From positions 62,001-126,000 of the forward strand of contig NW_021832440.1 in NCBI RefSeq assembly GCF_006345805.1: a DNA stretch of 64,000 bases, written 5' to 3'. Within the stretch, counting starts at the first letter, position 1. Each line of letters begins with the position of its first letter. The position numbers were made by a program, and so were the translations under genes. This DNA comes from Octopus sinensis. Taxonomy: Eukaryota. Of this stretch, positions 37,440-50,895 are shown piece by piece. The notes below the pieces were generated by a model that worked only from the letters and a program-made list of their open reading frames with translations, did not search any database and was not told where the DNA came from.

Positions 37440-38390
37440 AATATTTGGTTTGTTTTTTGATAATAAGAAAGGCGGATATTCACTATAATGAATACTTTTT
37501 TAGACATCAATTGAATTTGATGAGTTCGCCATTTGCTGGAAGCTAAAAGTTGTTGGTATGACGTTTTTGGAAAATTTTTTTTAAAAAAACTGATAGAAAG
37601 AGAGGACCGTTTACAGTACGATACGCTTTGTGTTTTTTCTGTTAGATCGATTTCTGATTCCGGATTGTACATAGTGAGTTTTTTTACCATTATTGGTCTC
37701 TCTCTTGGGCTTTCTTCATCAAGAAACAATTTTTTATTTCATCGTACAAAATTCGTTTTTTGGACATTTAGACAACACAGATATTTCTGCTTTTTGATTG
37801 AGATGGTGTCTCAAACATTTTTTTACATCGTCTCGAAGCTTTTCGATAGGAACTTTCAAAATAAATTCACTTCTAAGGACCTGGAATTTTACCTCGTAGG
37901 TTTGCTGCATAGAAGAAACAAAAATCTGCTTGTGGGAAAATTACGTCGATGGAAATTATATATTCCTTATAATGAACTTGTCGTGTAGCCACTACGGTTC
38001 AGGCTTCGCTGTTCATTCATCTCTGGTCAACAACTTTGGACCGTTGACAAAGACATTATACAAATAATTCGGCTACTTTTATTAGATACTTCTCTCCATG
38101 TAAAACTTGGGATGACAGAATCTCGAAAATGTATGACTAATACTGAAAGCCCCCAAGGAGATTTACGATACTTGATTTTATTCATTATATACTTAAAAGC
38201 TGATTTGAGAGAATTGAGAAACAAACTTGGATCACGTTATGATGATATCAAATAAACAATCTACGCAGACGACGTGGACTTCATTTCTGAAGACACCAAG
38301 CTCCTAAACATACTCATACATGCAACCAAACAAATTCTTAGTAAATGGTCGTTATACGGCAGGTTTTATAATGCCTAAGTGCTACCAGTG
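37440..38390. mobile_element. RTE-like LINE remnant, 5' part inverted
   Basis: Minus strand 37990-37440 is the pre-RT region. Plus strand 38000-38390 has SPQGD...LFIIYL...IYADDVDFIS. Confidence 0.7.
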
Positions 38391-38459
38391 CTTATTTTTA
38401 AAATCAGTAGTCTTCGCTACAATAAAGATTAATATTTAAAATTATTAATGCCGAATTTT

Positions 38460-38660
38460 TATTATCGCAAGATGTGCCGAAAGTCGCTTGTACGAGACAC
38501 GACTTGCGCAGACACCTACGCACATAATTTCTACACCTCTCAGCAGTGATTCCGAGATACGCTTGTCCCGAAGCAGAGAATTCGACGATTAAAAATATGA
38601 TTCTTTTCCGGAGTCTTTTTTTGCCCACCTGGGGTGTCATTGACAAAATGTATACAGCCT
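38460..38660 (+). mobile_element. CRE-like RLE remnant
   Basis: RKSLVRDTTCADTYA matches GKSLLWDATCSDTF at ~27300. Confidence 0.5.
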
Positions 38661-38818
38661 AAGAGGCACTATTGGAAGATTTAAGTCTTATATCCAAGGT
38701 TTTAAGTCTTATATCAGTTTAAAATTAAATGAATATTTGTTGTAGAAATTATTCTTTGTGATGACGTTAAAATAGTTAATAAAAATAGTAAAATTGATAT
38801 GTTGTTTTAGATTAATTG

Positions 38819-41800
38819 ATGTGCGACTTGGAAGAAGGCGATATTGTTACTATTTTAATTGGAGACAAAACTTACGATGGCAGCATTGCCGCCCTTGGCA
38901 TAACAACAACCACGCAAGGTGGGATATATCAAATTAATATAGTCGACTTGGTTGGGATCGAGTTAGAGCAACCTGTGGGAGACACCTCGGGAACATTGGA
39001 AAATACAAAATATTTTACCTGCGAGCCAATGCACGGAATATTTGTTCCGCAAAGTGAAGTAAGATATAATTATCTACTCAAGCTTATAAATATGCTAACA
39101 AAACCTCCTGAAAAAACCACCAAAAAAGATTTGAATTCGAAAATATTCAAATTAAAGCGAAAAAAACAACTTTTAAATCAAAAATTTGACAATTTCAGGG
39201 CTGAGATGGAGGACGCACTCGAATTGGCCACAATCGACAAAGAGATAGCCAACGAGAAAGTCCTCCCTTACTTAAATTTGTAGTTTGAATCTCTGCAATG
39301 TTCACATTTATCTTTGGAGAAGGATTACGAGGAGACTTGCTTGGAATTAGAACTTATCAGAGAAGAAATAGCGGCGGAGGGCAGTTTAGCCAATAACAAT
39401 TCCGTAGGAGGGATTTCTGAATTAGGGGAGAAGAATAGAAGAGATGAAGTGGACAAACTTAATGAGGCTCTTTTGCTGTAAAGTTTTGTAATTATGGCAG
39501 ATTGAGAGATATGTACACTTCTGAGCGGGAAGAAGGTGAGAAAACTCGTCAATTCGTCGATAAACTGATTGAAGTGAAGGATAGGAGTGAAGAAGAGGTC
39601 CAGTTGCTCAAAAAAGAAGTTGAAGGATTAAATGAGCAGGTTGGTTGTTACATTGATCTCAGGTGGATGCATACGAAGGCAGTGATATCATTGTGACTAG
39701 GTTGATGCAGGATAATGAAGAATTAATAAATAAACTTGACAATTTAAATATCGAGATGACTAATCTAGTAATGACTAATTAATGTTAATTTAGAGACAAA
39801 TCAACGACTTGGACGACCAGCTAATTGAATCACTACGTCATGAACAGTTTGACCTGACAAACGACTACGAAAGTGCGTGTCTGCAGGTCGAGAGAGTAAT
39901 ACTTTTAAGTTAGAGTATTTAGTTGACTAAACAACTCCAACATTCACAAATGCTTATTTCGAAACAGGAACAGACCATTAATTCACTCAGGACTACTTCA
40001 GATAATCAGACTAGTAGGGAAGAAACTAAATATGATTTCCAGACACACTACTCGATGGCTAAGACCAACCTGAATGTGCTATTTCATCTTAATTTTCTAG
40101 ATTGTTCAATCTGAGTTGACAAATATATCATTCAAACATTCTCTGCGGCATATTCAAATTCTTAGGACCGTCTTTCCTGCCAAGTTTATAAAAATCGATA
40201 GAGTGGCACATTTGGCTGTTTTTACTGGCAGATGGAGAGAAAAATTGCTTGTTTTTGTGGATACAATTAAACCAAAGGTTAAAACGTGCTTTCTATTTAG
40301 GCAGTCTCAAATCGACTGCGAAGTTTCAGTCAGAATGGTGGAAACTGGTCATTTCACTGAGACCAAAGACAATTCCCAGTTGGTGCTCTCCTTGTGTTGT
40401 TTAATCATGCGATTAGACCAGTTTGAGAGGTATTATTTCATCATTATTAACAGGGTTGTCAATTCTTGTTCCGTAGAAGTTTTAATCAAATTAAGTTCTC
40501 TTATGCCACAGCTGATCTCCTACGAACAAATCCTCGACAATCTCACAGAAAGTGTAGTCTCTTTGTCTCAGGTTTTGTGCCTATTTTAGTCTCAGATCAA
40601 CATTGTCTCGGCAGTTACTTCTGTAAATGAGGCCTCAGAATATATTTTGGTATCTGTATTCCTTCAGTTTAGAATGCAATGGAAGTTCATTCCACACTGG
40701 AGTTTCCCTCCATTGAGCTTTTGTTTGCTGTTTTTACTGCTGGGATTTCTTGTCTCGATCTTGTCTCTAGTGCTGTGCTCGCATTTGTGCCACATGAGTT
40801 TTACAGTGGTGTGTTGGAAGAGGTTAGAAGATTGAAAACCACCCTCAAGTGGATTTTGGTATTATTGAAAGACACTCCAACTCCTTGTTTTACTAATGAA
40901 GTATTCTACTTTGTTGTTGTATGCTAGATGAAAACTCTGTTATTGGAATATTTTGAAAAAATAACTGAAATTGCCGGCATATTTGTATTGATGGGATCTT
41001 CTCTTGCCGTGCAGGCTGCATTTATCCTCGGTAACTGATTTGAATATCCCCAGCTGAGGTGGTTTACCCGAGAGAGGAGGCTGACAAAATTGTGAATGAC
41101 AGTTGTAAGAATACTTCATTCACTCCCGCGTCCATTCTCCAAACTCTTTCTCAAATAATCGAATTTGCAGATGCTTTCAAAAACTCGATCGAGAACGGGA
41201 GACTTCCCACTAAGAGAACAGAGTTGACTGTGTGACAGAGATTGATGAGTTGGCAGGAATGTGTTGGAATGAGAGATTTGGTGGATATTTTCAGGAATGA
41301 AGTCGAAAGTATTTCCGGACTAAAACAGAATTTGTTATCTTTGGAAAAGGATAAAGTGGAAATGAAGTGTCTTCTCCAGTCCAAGGTTTGCGTTAAAGGT
41401 TAATGACAGGAAAACGAGATTGAGAAGAGGGAGATCAGACTAAGCCAATTAGCACTCGACAATGATAAAGTCTCTGCAGCGAACAGTGCAAAAGTAGAGA
41501 AACTACAACAGCGGGTAGATCAGTTACTCTATGAATGCTCAAACAAAGAAAAGTACAATTATAATTTATTTCGAGAAACGTCCAGGAAATGGCTGATAAA
41601 TATCGAACTAAGATTTTAGAGTTAGAACAAAATAAAACTACATTAATAAATGAGCTCGAAAATGTGTCACGAAGGCCTTTAGGTGAGGGAAATGTTCTCT
41701 TGGCCGTAACTCCTCAGGACAATTCATTGGCAGAAGAAGTGGACTTTGTGACTTATTAGTAGATTAGTTCCTTAAGACGCTGTGTTGTTGATCAGCAGGA

Positions 41801-42275
41801 GGAGATTGCTTCTCTTAAAGCAGAGGAAAACTCAGTAAGACAACGATTGTATTTTGTAGAGAATGTTGAGAAGTCTGAGACCACTGAAGACCATGGTCTC
41901 TCGAAGTGATGAGTTGTTGAAACTATCGAGAGACGTAAGGGACATGAGACATGTTATCTGTTTCTGTTATTGTAGACGTTGTTAACTTCTCTTTGTTCCG
42001 CAAAAGTGACTGATTTGAGAGAATCTTCTGCCCCAATGGAGAATTTTTTAAAAATGGAATGTAGAATAATATCCAACCGTCTCTGCGCTGTACGTAACGG
42101 GGGAGTTATTATTTTATTAGGTTCAGTCCAAAATGGCTCAAATGAAGGGTGGGATATAATTTTGGTGATGCTAAATATTTTATGTTGTTCTAATAATGTC
42201 CTAAAAACTTGTTCAATATTAGTTAAACAGGAAAACACCAGACTGAAATATCTGTGTAATATGTATGGTCTCTAA
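38819..42275 (+). CDS. DCTN1: Dynactin subunit 1 (p150Glued), about 20 micro-introns
   Basis: N-terminal CAP-Gly fold (VGIELEQPVG...YFTCEPMHGIFV), LELATIDKEIANEK, LNEALLLLRD and EQ|VDA; frame is continuous after splicing. Confidence 0.88.
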
Positions 42276-42399
42276 TATTTTCGATATATGACCAATTAAA
42301 ATCTGCAGAATCGCCGAATTAATAATTTTTGAAGATTATTATTTTTTTGTTTCTATACTGTGATAGTCTGTTCATTTCAAATTTATCCTCCGAATCTTC

Positions 42400-42960
42400 C
42401 TTGAACAAGCCTTTTGAAGATAAATGTATGCTGTGGAAGGGTTCAGGATTAAAATTTCCACTCCAACAAAACTGGGACAATTTCAAACATCACCTCAGAC
42501 AAACTTGCAATAAGGCTCAACCACCATCGCCTTGCCTGTTTACGCTTTGCAGCTGTGTCACAAAGCGGGTCATGGACGAATGCTTGCAATTAATGGCCTT
42601 GAACATTATTAGAGGATGATTTCCATCCCGTCGGTACAGCACTGAGACTTGAACTTGACATCTGCGAACAACATTGTTGCAAATGTGGGAAAATGGTTGA
42701 CGTCAAAGGTGTCCACCCTCTTGCAAACGAAGTGCTGGGCGAGCTCCTCGGCACTTCGCTGTTATCAGTGTTATTTTACAAGGTCTTGAGTCAGGGGCTT
42801 CTTTTCATCAATGAAGTTGTAGGAAAAATCGACGTGGGGAGCCTTGGGAAGTATCATGGTTGTTCCAAAAAATCGGAATTGCTGTCGTTCGCGGCAATGC
42901 ACATTCCATCATGCATGCAGCCGCAAGTGCTTTTTGTCCGTGCTCCTTTTTCCTAACAAA
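42400..42960 (+). mobile_element. CRE-clade LINE remnant (zinc knuckle and C-terminus)
   Basis: ALRLELDICEQHCCKCGKMVDVKGVHPL/CKRSAGRAPRH and VRGNAHSI. Confidence 0.75.
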
Positions 42961-43099
42961 ATTTATCTTCTTTAATTTAAATTTCGAAATTAAATTTTTT
43001 GATTGGTAAATAAAGAACTTTTATTTCTATTTCAATCTTTGTCATTTTTTTATTTTTCAAATTAAGGAAATTTTGAACATAAATATCCTAGAGATTATT

Positions 43100-44340
43100 T
43101 GGAATGCTACTGTTGAATAAATAGAGAAGGCAGGTTTCGACGTACTTAAGGAAAAAGGCTTCTGGATTTAAAGAGGTGTTTGGTCACGAAATTGAATCAA
43201 TATCAATTAAAATTGAATGAAATTGAATCTCAAGAAAATTGACGAACGTGTTAGTGAAATTAAGAAGTTGGAATACGCAACAAAAAATCTTTCGAGCATC
43301 TATGAATTTTTGTCGCCTGGGACAGGGTGGGTTCAGTAAAAAACGCTCGAGGGCAGATGCAGTTTGGTCCCACACGTGAATACGTGCTATGTATCAACAA
43401 TACAGAAGTGATTTTAAAATTTTGGGAGTGGAAATGTGCACTGCGTTTGATACTGTCAACATAAAAACATTTTTGAACGTTGCTGGGAGTTTTTTTGATG
43501 AGGATAACACTTGTCCGTTTCATACTATCGAACACTGAAGTAACTGTACGAGTTAGAAACACGGCATTGAAGCATTTCGGAACAAAATCTGGAATTCCTC
43601 AGAGAGACCATCTCCGGTTCTATTCGTATACCTGGGAGCGGCATTGAGAGCTATTAGAATGAGATATGAAGGATGCATTCCGATGGAAATTATATATCCA
43701 GATGACATAGATTTTGTTTCAGAAAATGGTCAGGAACTTGGACTTGGTTTAGAGAAAATCCCTGAAGAATTTAAAAATTGGTCTCTGCTAGTTAATCAGG
43801 AAAAGGCTGAATACATAAGAATCACAAGGGGATCAAAACATATTGCTGAAAATTGAAGGAAAAAAATTGGGATCCTTACTTAGTGATAGTGAGGACATGA
43901 TCTATAGAAGAGTTCTAACCATTTCCATTTATAAGAAAATGCAGCAGATATGGAGTCAACCAAATCTAACAAAAACAAATTTAAAAAAATGGATACACTC
44001 TATCGAAAACAATTACAAAATTTAATGGTCATAGGTTGGCCCAAGAAAATTTCAAACAAGAAATTATACTCTATGGTACAATCGAGGTTAATAAAAATCA
44101 ACATTATTGAATCAAGGTAAAGACTGTCCGGGAACGTGCTCAGAATAAACATAAACGCCCCAGTAAATATAATAATGGAAAATTATTTTAACAGTGAAAA
44201 CAAACTATCATTCAGAGGAAGTCCCAGAGTCGATCTACCCATAGTTCTAAACAAAAATCTTAAAAGAAGACCTAGAAAATCTAAGGACAAGTGTTCAAAG
44301 CAAAAGGCAATGGAGACGCTTAGTGAAGCAGATTATGAAA
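43100..44340 (+). mobile_element. Degenerate RTE-like LINE (RT to C-terminus)
   Basis: AFDTVN, GIPQRD, IIYPDDIDF, KKLGSLL, WPRKISNKKLY and SFRGSPRVDL. Confidence 0.78.
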
Positions 44341-44596
44341 CGTGTAGTACAAACGGGACCCTAGTTAATATAACGTTTTTGGGTTCTGTGAGTGCTTTTT
44401 AATAAGACAAATACCCTAATTTCGACCTATCCCCATACCCTAATCCCCATATCTAAAGACATCAACGTAGACTAAAATTTCATTACTACATATATTATTA
44501 AAAATTGAATTTATCTTCCTGGACACATTGAAATTTGGTCAATTAGATCACATCATGAAATATAATCAAATACTAAAAACAAGATAGTTTAATAAG

Positions 44597-45775
44597 TTAG
44601 ACAAAATAATAATTCCGCAAGTTCTGTTGAAGAATAGTCATCTTGACAGAATTAAATATAACCCTCATCGTTTCCGTGTCTGAATTTAATCAATAAACTG
44701 AAAACCGGTAGCACACGTAAAATGTTGAAAGACAGTCTTTCCCTTCTCATTCGAAACGCTCAAAAACAATTCTGAAATAAATTCCTTCGCCGCCTTTGTG
44801 TCTTCACGACGACCTATCTTCACAAAACTCAACAAACCCTGAAATTCAGGAAAATACAAATCCAAGTGAGAAAACTTAACTTTCTCTTCCAAAAGATCCG
44901 TTTTATTCAAAAAAAGAATAAAAGACTTGTCCCCGAAAAAGTCATAAGAAAGAATGGCAGTGAACAAGGCCACAGATTCTCTCATTCTATTCTATTTGAT
45001 AAGATCAGAGAATTTACTTTGTCAGGAGACTCGACCAGAACTTGGTCGTATTCGGAAATCGCCGCAATGAAAATCACGGAAGTTACGTTTTCAAAACAGT
45101 GAATCCACTTTCTCCTCTCCGACCTCTGCCCTCCAACGTCTACCAAACTAACGATTGACAATTCCACAATTCTCACCGGAATATTACGTCATCAATCGGG
45201 AGTCTGTACTCCTGCACTCCTGTAGTTGCCTTTCTTGCCTGAAGGACGTCCTGGTCCGTCGGTTTGTAGTTATCCTTCAGGATTCGGTCGATATTCTCCA
45301 TATAACTGATTTAATTTAGAGTCACCAACTATTTGAAAGAGTCCAACACGTGGAAGGTTCCACGTTTCTGGAAAATCTGTTGTACCACTGAATCGGCCCA
45401 GTAATCACGAATTGTTTCGACGTGGAATGATCTCAGGTCTACCCCCGCCTTAATCACCTCTTCGATGGCTGTTTCGAGTTGAGAACTTAGAGACATTTGG
45501 TGAGATTTGAGATATTTGTGTAGTTTAAACAGAGAGTCGGCAATGTTGTCACGAACGATTTCTCTGGAGAGTTTGTAATCATCTTGTGTGAATCCTTTCC
45601 CGCTGATAATTTTCATTTGTTTCATGAACGTTGTTTTTCCGCTTTCCCCTGTGCCGAGGAGCAGGAGTTTGTACTCTCTCTGACCTTCTCTTTTTTCTTT
45701 CTTTAGTTGTTTCTCGATTTCGTTATTAAGATATCTTTGCTCTCGTGCTACAGCGTCCAAACAGCACAAAAACAT
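44597..45775 (-). CDS. GNAQ: Heterotrimeric G protein alpha subunit, Gq class (5 micro-introns)
   Basis: N-terminal [60 protein letters not shown], and C-terminus [12 protein letters not shown]. Confidence 0.88.
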
Positions 45776-47078
45776 GGACGCACAACAAATCTAATTATTT
45801 AACAAATAATTTATTCCACTTGTTCAATATTGCTTTTTTTTATTTAGGTCAATTTAAATTGCAAATTTATTTTGTAAATAAGTGATTGAATTAATCTACT
45901 TTGTAGGCTAAACAAAACTATTTATGTCCGACCAGTTTATATTTACACTTTTTCTGGCTTCCCTTTAGAGTAAGACTTTTGAAGAGCATAAGTTTTCTAT
46001 GTCATGTACATCCTTGCGAGGAAAATATTATTTAGTATTTTATTGCATTGAATTTTGTTGTGGTTTTTTTGTTCTTTAAAAATTAAGAAATTTTTAACTT
46101 GTGAAAACCAGATGTAGTTTAAGAGATGGTTTTAAATCTAATAATCCGAATAAATAATGTAAAACTAAACAGGTTCATAGATAAGATTAGAATCATTTGT
46201 CAATAATTTTTGCTGACTCTAAAAAATAAGTAATAGTATTCTATAAAATCATTTAATATCCAAATAATTAACTTCCGGTAAATGCTGTATTAATCACCTG
46301 GTAAGGTCAATAGGCTTTTCAATTTTTTGATAGAGTCAGAAAAAAATAATATATTTTACTGCTATAGCTCTTTAAGTTACTCGAAAAATGTAGATCAAAT
46401 ACTAATTGACTCTTAATTTTAGTAACAATAATAGAATGTTTCCCTTACGATGCCTACTAGAAAATAAAAAATTCAAATTTGGTCAAAAGATAGCTCCATT
46501 TAATATTCCAGGTCACTATATTTAAATTATAGAATCTCTTTTAAAACTAAGTTTTACGTTATGTCGAGTCTTATCGATTAATATCATTTGACTAGTTACA
46601 TAAATATATTTAACAACAGTATCCTTCATTCAAAATAAGCAAAGCTTTTAAATGTATCATATAATGTTTTTTCTCAATTAATAATCGGAACAAGATTTTG
46701 AATTTGTTGTTGTCTACTTACAGAAAAAAGGATCCTAGTTGACTTTTTGCAGTGTGCAGACTTGATGCGCTTTTTTCGAAACTTTAAATAAAAATGTTAT
46801 TTTGTTTATTATAAATTTCAGTTGTTCGAAGTATAAAAATGAAGTAGGGGTTTAAGAGGTTGAATTATAAAAAATATTTTAGGACTGTAAATCTCAGACT
46901 TAAAACAGAAATTGCTAAAAATGTGTTTTTTCTATACGTAAATTGGTGATTATTATAGAGATTAAAATTGTTCTAAAATGGAAAAATCATCGGAACAATG
47001 AAATTAAATTTCCAATTATAGAATTTGAATATTATATAGAAGCTTTTATCGTGTTTAGGGAGAAAATTTTGGGCAGAA

Positions 47079-48294
<1,216 letters not shown>

Positions 48295-48596
48295 GCTTTA
48301 TTTGGTTAATACGTTAAGTTAACAGATTAGTAATTATAATTTCTTTTTTCGGCTTAAATAAAGATTCTTGGTTATTTAATTTAAATTCTTTTTGTGATTT
48401 CAGGATTTTTGTCAATTCTTTGGAATAAAATTAATTTAGAAAATTCATTGTCTGTCTTCAAAGTTTTCTTTCGATAAAATTGATTGTTAGATTAATACAA
48501 AAATATTCAGGGAAAAAATAGCATTGATTAACAACTCAAAAGTCACGATAATCTCTTGACATGTAATGTGTAGATAAGTCTTGAGAGTCCATATAT

Positions 48597-49728
48597 TCTA
48601 TAAATCTCTCGAATATTGAACAAGATTTGGGATGACCAAAAATTCGACAATTCGAGAAATCGCGGATTCGAGAGGCAATTTAAATACAGTTTTATAGTTG
48701 AAACAGAACTCACAATATAGATTAAGTATTTCTTTTCATATACAAATGACTGATACATAAATTATTTATATTCAAAAAATCAGAAATTTTTTTTTAATGA
48801 TTTTCTAGCATTTCCTTAGTGCCATTGACATATTTCATGATCATCTATACAGCATTTACCTGAAAAGATAATTTTAATAATCTCTAGAGCTCTGAAGGCT
48901 GCTGAGAGATCAACTTTTTTCTCATTTGATTTCTCTTCAATCATTGTTTCCTAGTTAATAATATTAGAATAAAACACTAACTGTTGAACTTTTTTTGACT
49001 GTATGGTACATCTTGTTCAGATTTGTCTAAAAATTCCATTAGCTCGTCATTTCAGTATATCCGTAATCACAAATTCACTATAAGTTGGATCGTCAATTTG
49101 ACCTTGGACTGAATTTTCTTAACTTGATACCATTTTCGTAATTTAACTTTCTTAGCCACCACGACTTTCTTTTAAATTCTGGAAAATTTTTTCCAAATTT
49201 AAGGGCTTTTGCAATTAACATCGATCTAATAGAATTGCTCCACTAGATTCCATAAGTTAATCCATGTTATCATCGCTACATCAATTTCATTAAATTTGAG
49301 TTTGGAATTCTCGTTATGTTTAATTTTTTGATGTCAGTCCTATTCAAAAGGTCAGATTTTTATTTAAGGTCGTTTATAGTTCTCGGAGAAATTTTCTTTT
49401 TATACCGTGAAGAAAAATGCCTGGAAATTGAGGTGCAAGAACGAATGGGTTGTCAGAAATATACGTAGTATAGAAATTTTTTTCGTTGATAGAAAGTCTA
49501 ACACAAACGACGCATCACAAAAATACAATTTAACGGTAATGAGAATTTTAAAAAGTTAATTAATTTAACTTACAATTAGATAAAAAATTTATTTTTTCAT
49601 AATACTTGAGGAGCGGATTCGAGAAACACGCGGATCAAGATCATTCATAGGAAATTTCAAATTTGATTAAGCAAGCGGATTCGAGAAGCGGCGGATTCGA
49701 GAAGCAGCGGATTCGAGAGGTTTCACTG
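48597..49728 (-). mobile_element. pogo/Tigger-like remnant with one intact TIR
   Basis: The right end reads (reverse) CAGTGAAACCTCTCGAATCCG with a TA flank. GCGGATTCGAGA subterminal repeats lie at 49612-49718 and ~48662. The left end is damaged. Confidence 0.65.
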
Positions 49729-49769
49729 TATTCTATAAATCTCCATGAAAATATTGAACAAGATATTAC

Positions 49770-50760
49770 ATATGATGAATACATTCAAACAGTGACAATC
49801 AAAAAAACGTTCGAGAGCATGATTATTGAAACACAGGCATGCCATGAAAATCAAAAACTATAAAAATCAAATTTTCAGGGCAACAAATAGTCTTATCGTT
49901 AAAGAACTAAATCGCAGGTATCAATTAATTTATTATACGAGTCAGCTTCCTTAGTGCATTTTGACGAGAAAAGATGACAGGAAATGACAGGGTAGCAGAT
50001 TAGTTGCCCAAAAAGAAATAATTGCCTAACCAAGTCCTGAGCCTTTAAAGTGGGCAGAAGGTGGCACTCCACGCACCTTCTCTTCTTCCTTTCTTCTCTG
50101 GCTCTGTAGACTTTAGAGAAGCTGCAGTCCAACGCCTCTGCCTGACTAAATGTCAGGAAAAAAACTGAATTGGCAAGCATCAAAAGAGATAGTCTCCAGA
50201 GTCCTCTTAAAAACTTCATATAAGCTTGTAAAGACTTATCTACACCCAATCGTTTTAAATACCCATTGTGGTATTTAGTGACCAAGTCTATCCCATTTCA
50301 CCACATACGAAATAACATGTAGTTTACATTGTTGCATCAGCTCTAGCTCGTTTGCAAGAAGTTTATGCTTCCTTCCTTTTTCTCTTCCAGTGTCTGGAAA
50401 CAATCTAGGCACGTGATGTCAACCTCCACGATAACAATCTTCCACCTGACTTTTGAGTTCTCTTCTGAAAATAAGGTCTATTTCATCTTACTCACTCAGC
50501 TCGAATTCAATAAGGCCAAAACCCAAATTTTCAATGTAGTTCTTGAAAAACTTGGAAACGACTCCGTCCCATGTCACCAGTGCAATTATTTTAACTCAGC
50601 GTCTTAGAGGCTGGACAATCCCCCCGAAAAAATCGTATTTACGGTGTTTCTCTGAAAAGTAATTCCACTTTGATGAAAGTCATTTCGTTTCTTATTTTGT
50701 CATAAACGAATATATCGGGCTTGTTACACTGAATTTTCGTATCTGTAATTATTTGAAGAA
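49770..50760. mobile_element. Cluster of R4/Dong-like RLE LINE 3' remnants
   Basis: YIQTVTIKKTFESMII (+), VTKYHNGYLKRLG (-) and TDTKIQCNKPDIFVYDK (-). Confidence 0.7.
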
Positions 50761-50895
50761 TAAAGCAGGAGAAAAGAAAAAAATTTCAGACTTTTTGCAT
50801 CTAAGATAATCTATTTTAAATAATTAAAAACTGATTTTTGGCATTCTTGTTTTTTTGAATTATTTAATTTTTAAATATATTAAAAAGTATCTATA

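Noticed and set aside
44410-44452. Telomere-like CCCTAA words
   Set aside because: Only two dispersed copies at the end of a LINE remnant; not an array.
4322-45775. Calcium-signalling gene cluster (IP3K, CHP1, G-alpha-q)
   Set aside because: The genes are 20 kb apart, on mixed strands and separated by unrelated genes; chance is sufficient.
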